A DNA stretch of 64,000 nt, taken from positions 5,179,886 to 5,243,885 of the forward strand of contig MU055263.1 in assembly GCA_013239625.1 (NCBI GenBank), written 5' to 3'. The notes beneath the pieces were generated by a model that searched no databases, was not told where the DNA came from, and worked only from the letters and a program-made list of their open reading frames with translations. How positions within the stretch are numbered: position 1 is the stretch's first letter; each line of letters begins with the position of its first letter. A program made the position numbers and the translations under genes. Shown piece after piece: positions 60,790 through 64,000 of the stretch. This DNA comes from Lama guanicoe. Lineage: Eukaryota.

Positions 60790-62544
60790 TCCCTCAGATG
60801 GGGCATGAGATGACCCCCCAACATTTTGCAATACATGGTTTTCCATTTGGCGAAGAAATAAGAGGAATTAACATTACGTAGACTCCTAGCTGGACCGTTT
60901 ACAGGCACCCCGAGCAGAAGAGTGGTGCCTCAGAAAGGAACTCGTGTCGGTGCAGAACCTCGGGCCAGTTGCTTGCTCGCTGTCCTCAGTCCCTCTCCTA
61001 GAAGGGAAGACTGAGAGCATGTTCCCGCAGCGTTGTCGTGAGAGTTCAACGCGTTCATATGAGAACACTGCTGAGAACAGAGCCTGGCGCGTGGTAAGTG
61101 CCCCGGAGAGGGTTCAAGAAAGGATTTCTGTTGTTGCTGTCGCTGTTGGATCTTTGCAGCAAGCTTTCCGCCATCCTTCCGTGTATGATGGTGGGGGAGG
61201 GGCGGGGGAGGTTAAACATAATGGTCTGGGGAGTGGAAGGTGGGGGGTCTTCCAAGTATGTGCTGGTGGCAGAGCAGCAAAGAACCCCACGGGCGTCCCT
61301 CGTTTGCAAAGGCTGCTGTGGCTCCTGCTCTGGTCTCTCCTTTCCAGCCCCTGTGACCCACGTTCTCTCTGCGTCTGCATCTGGATCTTTCACGGGAACA
61401 AAGTAGGATCCTTTCAGGAGCTCTTAGAGGCTGGTGCAGACGTGAGGATGAGTAAGGCCAGGAGCACCGAGGCAGGAACGCACGTGGCCCAGAGAAGGGA
61501 AGACGGCCGTGCGGAGCGCGGGGTCCCGGGCGCAGCTCACAGCACTCTGCGACCCTGTGAACGAGGCCACGGGGCAGGAGAGGACGGAGTTCTGTTTGGA
61601 TCGCGAGTCCACTCGCTCGGCTTTCTTAGCTCTGACTCATGAAGGGACCCAGTCAAAAGTGTTTTGTGCATCCTGTGAGACGCAGAGGCTCACTGCGCTC
61701 GCCAGGCCTGCCACTGCCTGCTGCTTTAAAAATGCCCAGAGCCCTGATCTGGGAGGAAAGCAAGCGGTCGTTTGTGCAAAAATGCTAAAGCCATTTGGAA
61801 GCAAATGCAAACAATGGAGAAAAAGTACGAGCTGGTGGATGTCAGTCTGTGCTTTTCTCAAGGAGGCCCGTCTGCCGGTGACGCCGTCAAGGAGCTGGGT
61901 CATCTCTCAACAGTCATTTTCTCGGAGGGCACAGAATTCTTGCGCAGATCTCATCCCCCTTCGGTTGCACATGTGCTGCAAACAGCCAAGCCGGCGAGGA
62001 CTTGGGCAGCCCACGGGCCGTCATCAGCTCCGTCTGAAGAGTTTATAACCCTGACGGGATCAGAGGTCCCTCCGGGGACTCCCCCTCGTGAACCCAGTGG
62101 AGGGACAGCCTTTCTCTCACCCCTGATTCCTCACCTGACAGTTCTCCTACTCGCCAGTTAACAATTACGGTCTGAAAGCAAGTCGGTTCCAAAGAGGACT
62201 TTACGAAGTTCTTAGCAACTAAGAAGCTGATGGAAGCCAAGCGCTCTGTGCAGAAACTGAACTGTGAACTGTCTGAAGACAGGGCTGACTCATGTACGTT
62301 AGTGCATCGTAACACGAATCATCAGGACATTAATTCCTGTGTTCCTGTGTATCTCCCACGAGCTACAACTACGTTGTGGGGAGCAAAAGCGGGCGGTCAC
62401 TGTGAAAGGTGCCATTAATCCTGGCCGCAGCCCCTCCCCTAAGAACCTGCCCCGGCGCCCCTGGAAGGGCTGGCCCTTCTCACGCTTCAGGTCTGTGATT
62501 CGGCTCAGAGTTCACGTTGGGTGTTTTTTATCTGTTTAATTCTC

Positions 62545-62660
62545 TCTAACCGCTGACTGAGCCCTCTTTGAAGAAAGGGACCATGTCTTATTCAGGCTCT
62601 CCCCAGCATTGAGCTTGCGTGTGGCACATAGAAGGGGCTAGAGAATGCTGGTCTCATGGA
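62545..62660 (+). mobile_element. L2 LINE 3' end
   Basis: ctgactgagccctctttgaagaaagggaccatgtcttattca...ccccagca...gtggcacatagaagggg. Confidence 0.7.
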
Positions 62661-64000
62661 CACACGGGTAATCTTGGCGTGAGTCCACAGACGCCAGCCT
62701 CGTGAAGGGCTTCCCCGCCCTTCTCCCAGGCTCTGGGGAACACACACTCATCAGCCCCCAAGCAGCACGCTCGGGCCCGTTTTATACCCAGAGTTCACAG
62801 AATTGTGCCAGGAAGCTTCAGGATGAAAAATTCTGCATTTCCTATTGAATTGTGATGCGTGGTAGATGCTGCCGCCACCCCTCGTCCTGGACGTCGCCAC
62901 AGCCGGGCGGAGCCTGACCGCACCTTGCCCAAGACGCTTGTGCCCTCTTGCTTCCTGCCCTGGGCCGCTCTGCCACCAGGGCCTGGACACCGGCCGGCCC
63001 TGCTCAGCCACCCGGGCTGTGCTGGAGAGGACAGCGCTGCTGGGGGCAACTCCTGACCGCGGCGTGTGGAGACCTGCAGTGAACGCGGCTCACCTGCAGC
63101 TCTCAGGCTCTCGCACGAGGTTTCCTAGGCTGGCCCTGAGGGTGGGGGCCCAGCTTCCCACAGGGCCCGCCAGCCCAACAACAACCCCCGGACTGGCCTT
63201 CCTCCCACGCTCCCAACTCCTGTCTCTGGCACTGCTTCTCTGAAGAGGCCGTCTGCAACAGCTTTTGTCGCAGGCCCTCTGTTTGGGGAAATTCCAGCAA
63301 AGTCCCAGCCATGACGTCACTGAAGCGCCCACAGCACCTGCTTCAGTGAGGACTTGGACAGGTTTGGGATCGATCGTGGTGACAAATAAAATGACAAAAT
63401 AGAATTAACATTTTCATAAAATACAAGGAGTGTATAAAGATTCCATAATTAAGTGTATAAAATTAACCATTCCACAAGTTTTTAAGGGTCCTTTTAGTAA
63501 CTCATTTTCTTCCTTTGGACTGACATAAAACATCAGGCCAGCGAAACGTTTTCCCAAGCACGTCCTTAAAGAAGTGAACGCGTAGCCATTTCCCAAGTAG
63601 CGGTGAACTTGAGCTGCTGCTTTAGCCCACGAGACAGAGACCGCCTTGTCCAGGCTAAAGTGCGACAGAAACGAGCAACATGCAAACACCTGGCGAAGCC
63701 CTCGCCCCTCACGTGGCAGCCCAGAGGCCACCCTGTCGCTGTGCTCGTGCTGGCAAGGGCGCCGTGGCGGAGTCGGTCCCCGAGCCTCTCGTGCCGCGCA
63801 GACGTGGCGGGGGCGCAGGCCGGTCGGAGAGGACCGGGAGCGGGGGAGCCTGACTGTCTTCGTGTTTAAGGCTCTGCTCTGAGCCCTTCCTCTCTGGAAA
63901 AGCCACTCGGTCCTCTTTACCACCAGTCGGATCAGAATAACGTTCAGTCCTGAACTTCTGAAGTTGGAGAGCAGTTCAGCCAGGCGACCAGTGGGCCTAG

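Noticed and set aside
60944-62418. Cluster of 100-230 aa ORFs
   Set aside because: Overlapping in several frames and strands, no recognisable homology or splice structure
1398-63320. Isolated AP-1 (TGAGTCA) and CRE (TGACGTCA) motifs
   Set aside because: Scattered single 7-8 bp matches, not clearly above chance in 64 kb
1-64000. CRISPR array, rRNA, operons or other prokaryotic systems
   Set aside because: The sequence is mammalian; no regularly spaced repeats with unique spacers and no dense coding structure

Overview
Mammalian nuclear DNA, very probably camelid (two copies of a camelid-type tRNA-derived SINE at 53.8 and 55.2 kb, a short camelid-like L1 3' end at 41.3 kb), from a draft assembly with three N gaps. 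I recognise no protein-coding gene or RNA gene, so the window reads as intronic or intergenic. The supplied ORFs are best explained as chance frames in GC-rich DNA or as remnants of LINE ORF2. It is a mosaic of old interspersed repeats (MIR, L2, L3/CR1, L1M, MaLR/ERV LTRs, hAT and Tigger MITEs), simple repeats and a few repeat-free motif-rich blocks that may be enhancers. The most striking signal is a set of sharp, sub-kilobase patches where normally AT-rich transposon fossils have been rewritten by A/T-to-G/C substitution into CpG-island-like DNA, while nearby copies keep their AT content. This is the pattern expected from GC-biased gene conversion at long-lived recombination hotspots. Also seen: a candidate processed-mRNA fragment inside an L1, a 228-bp tandem duplication of a MER102-like element, and two TSD-flanked A-tail-like insertions. 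Repeat family calls come from recalled consensus sequences, not a database search, and most boundaries are approximate (about +/-30 bp).
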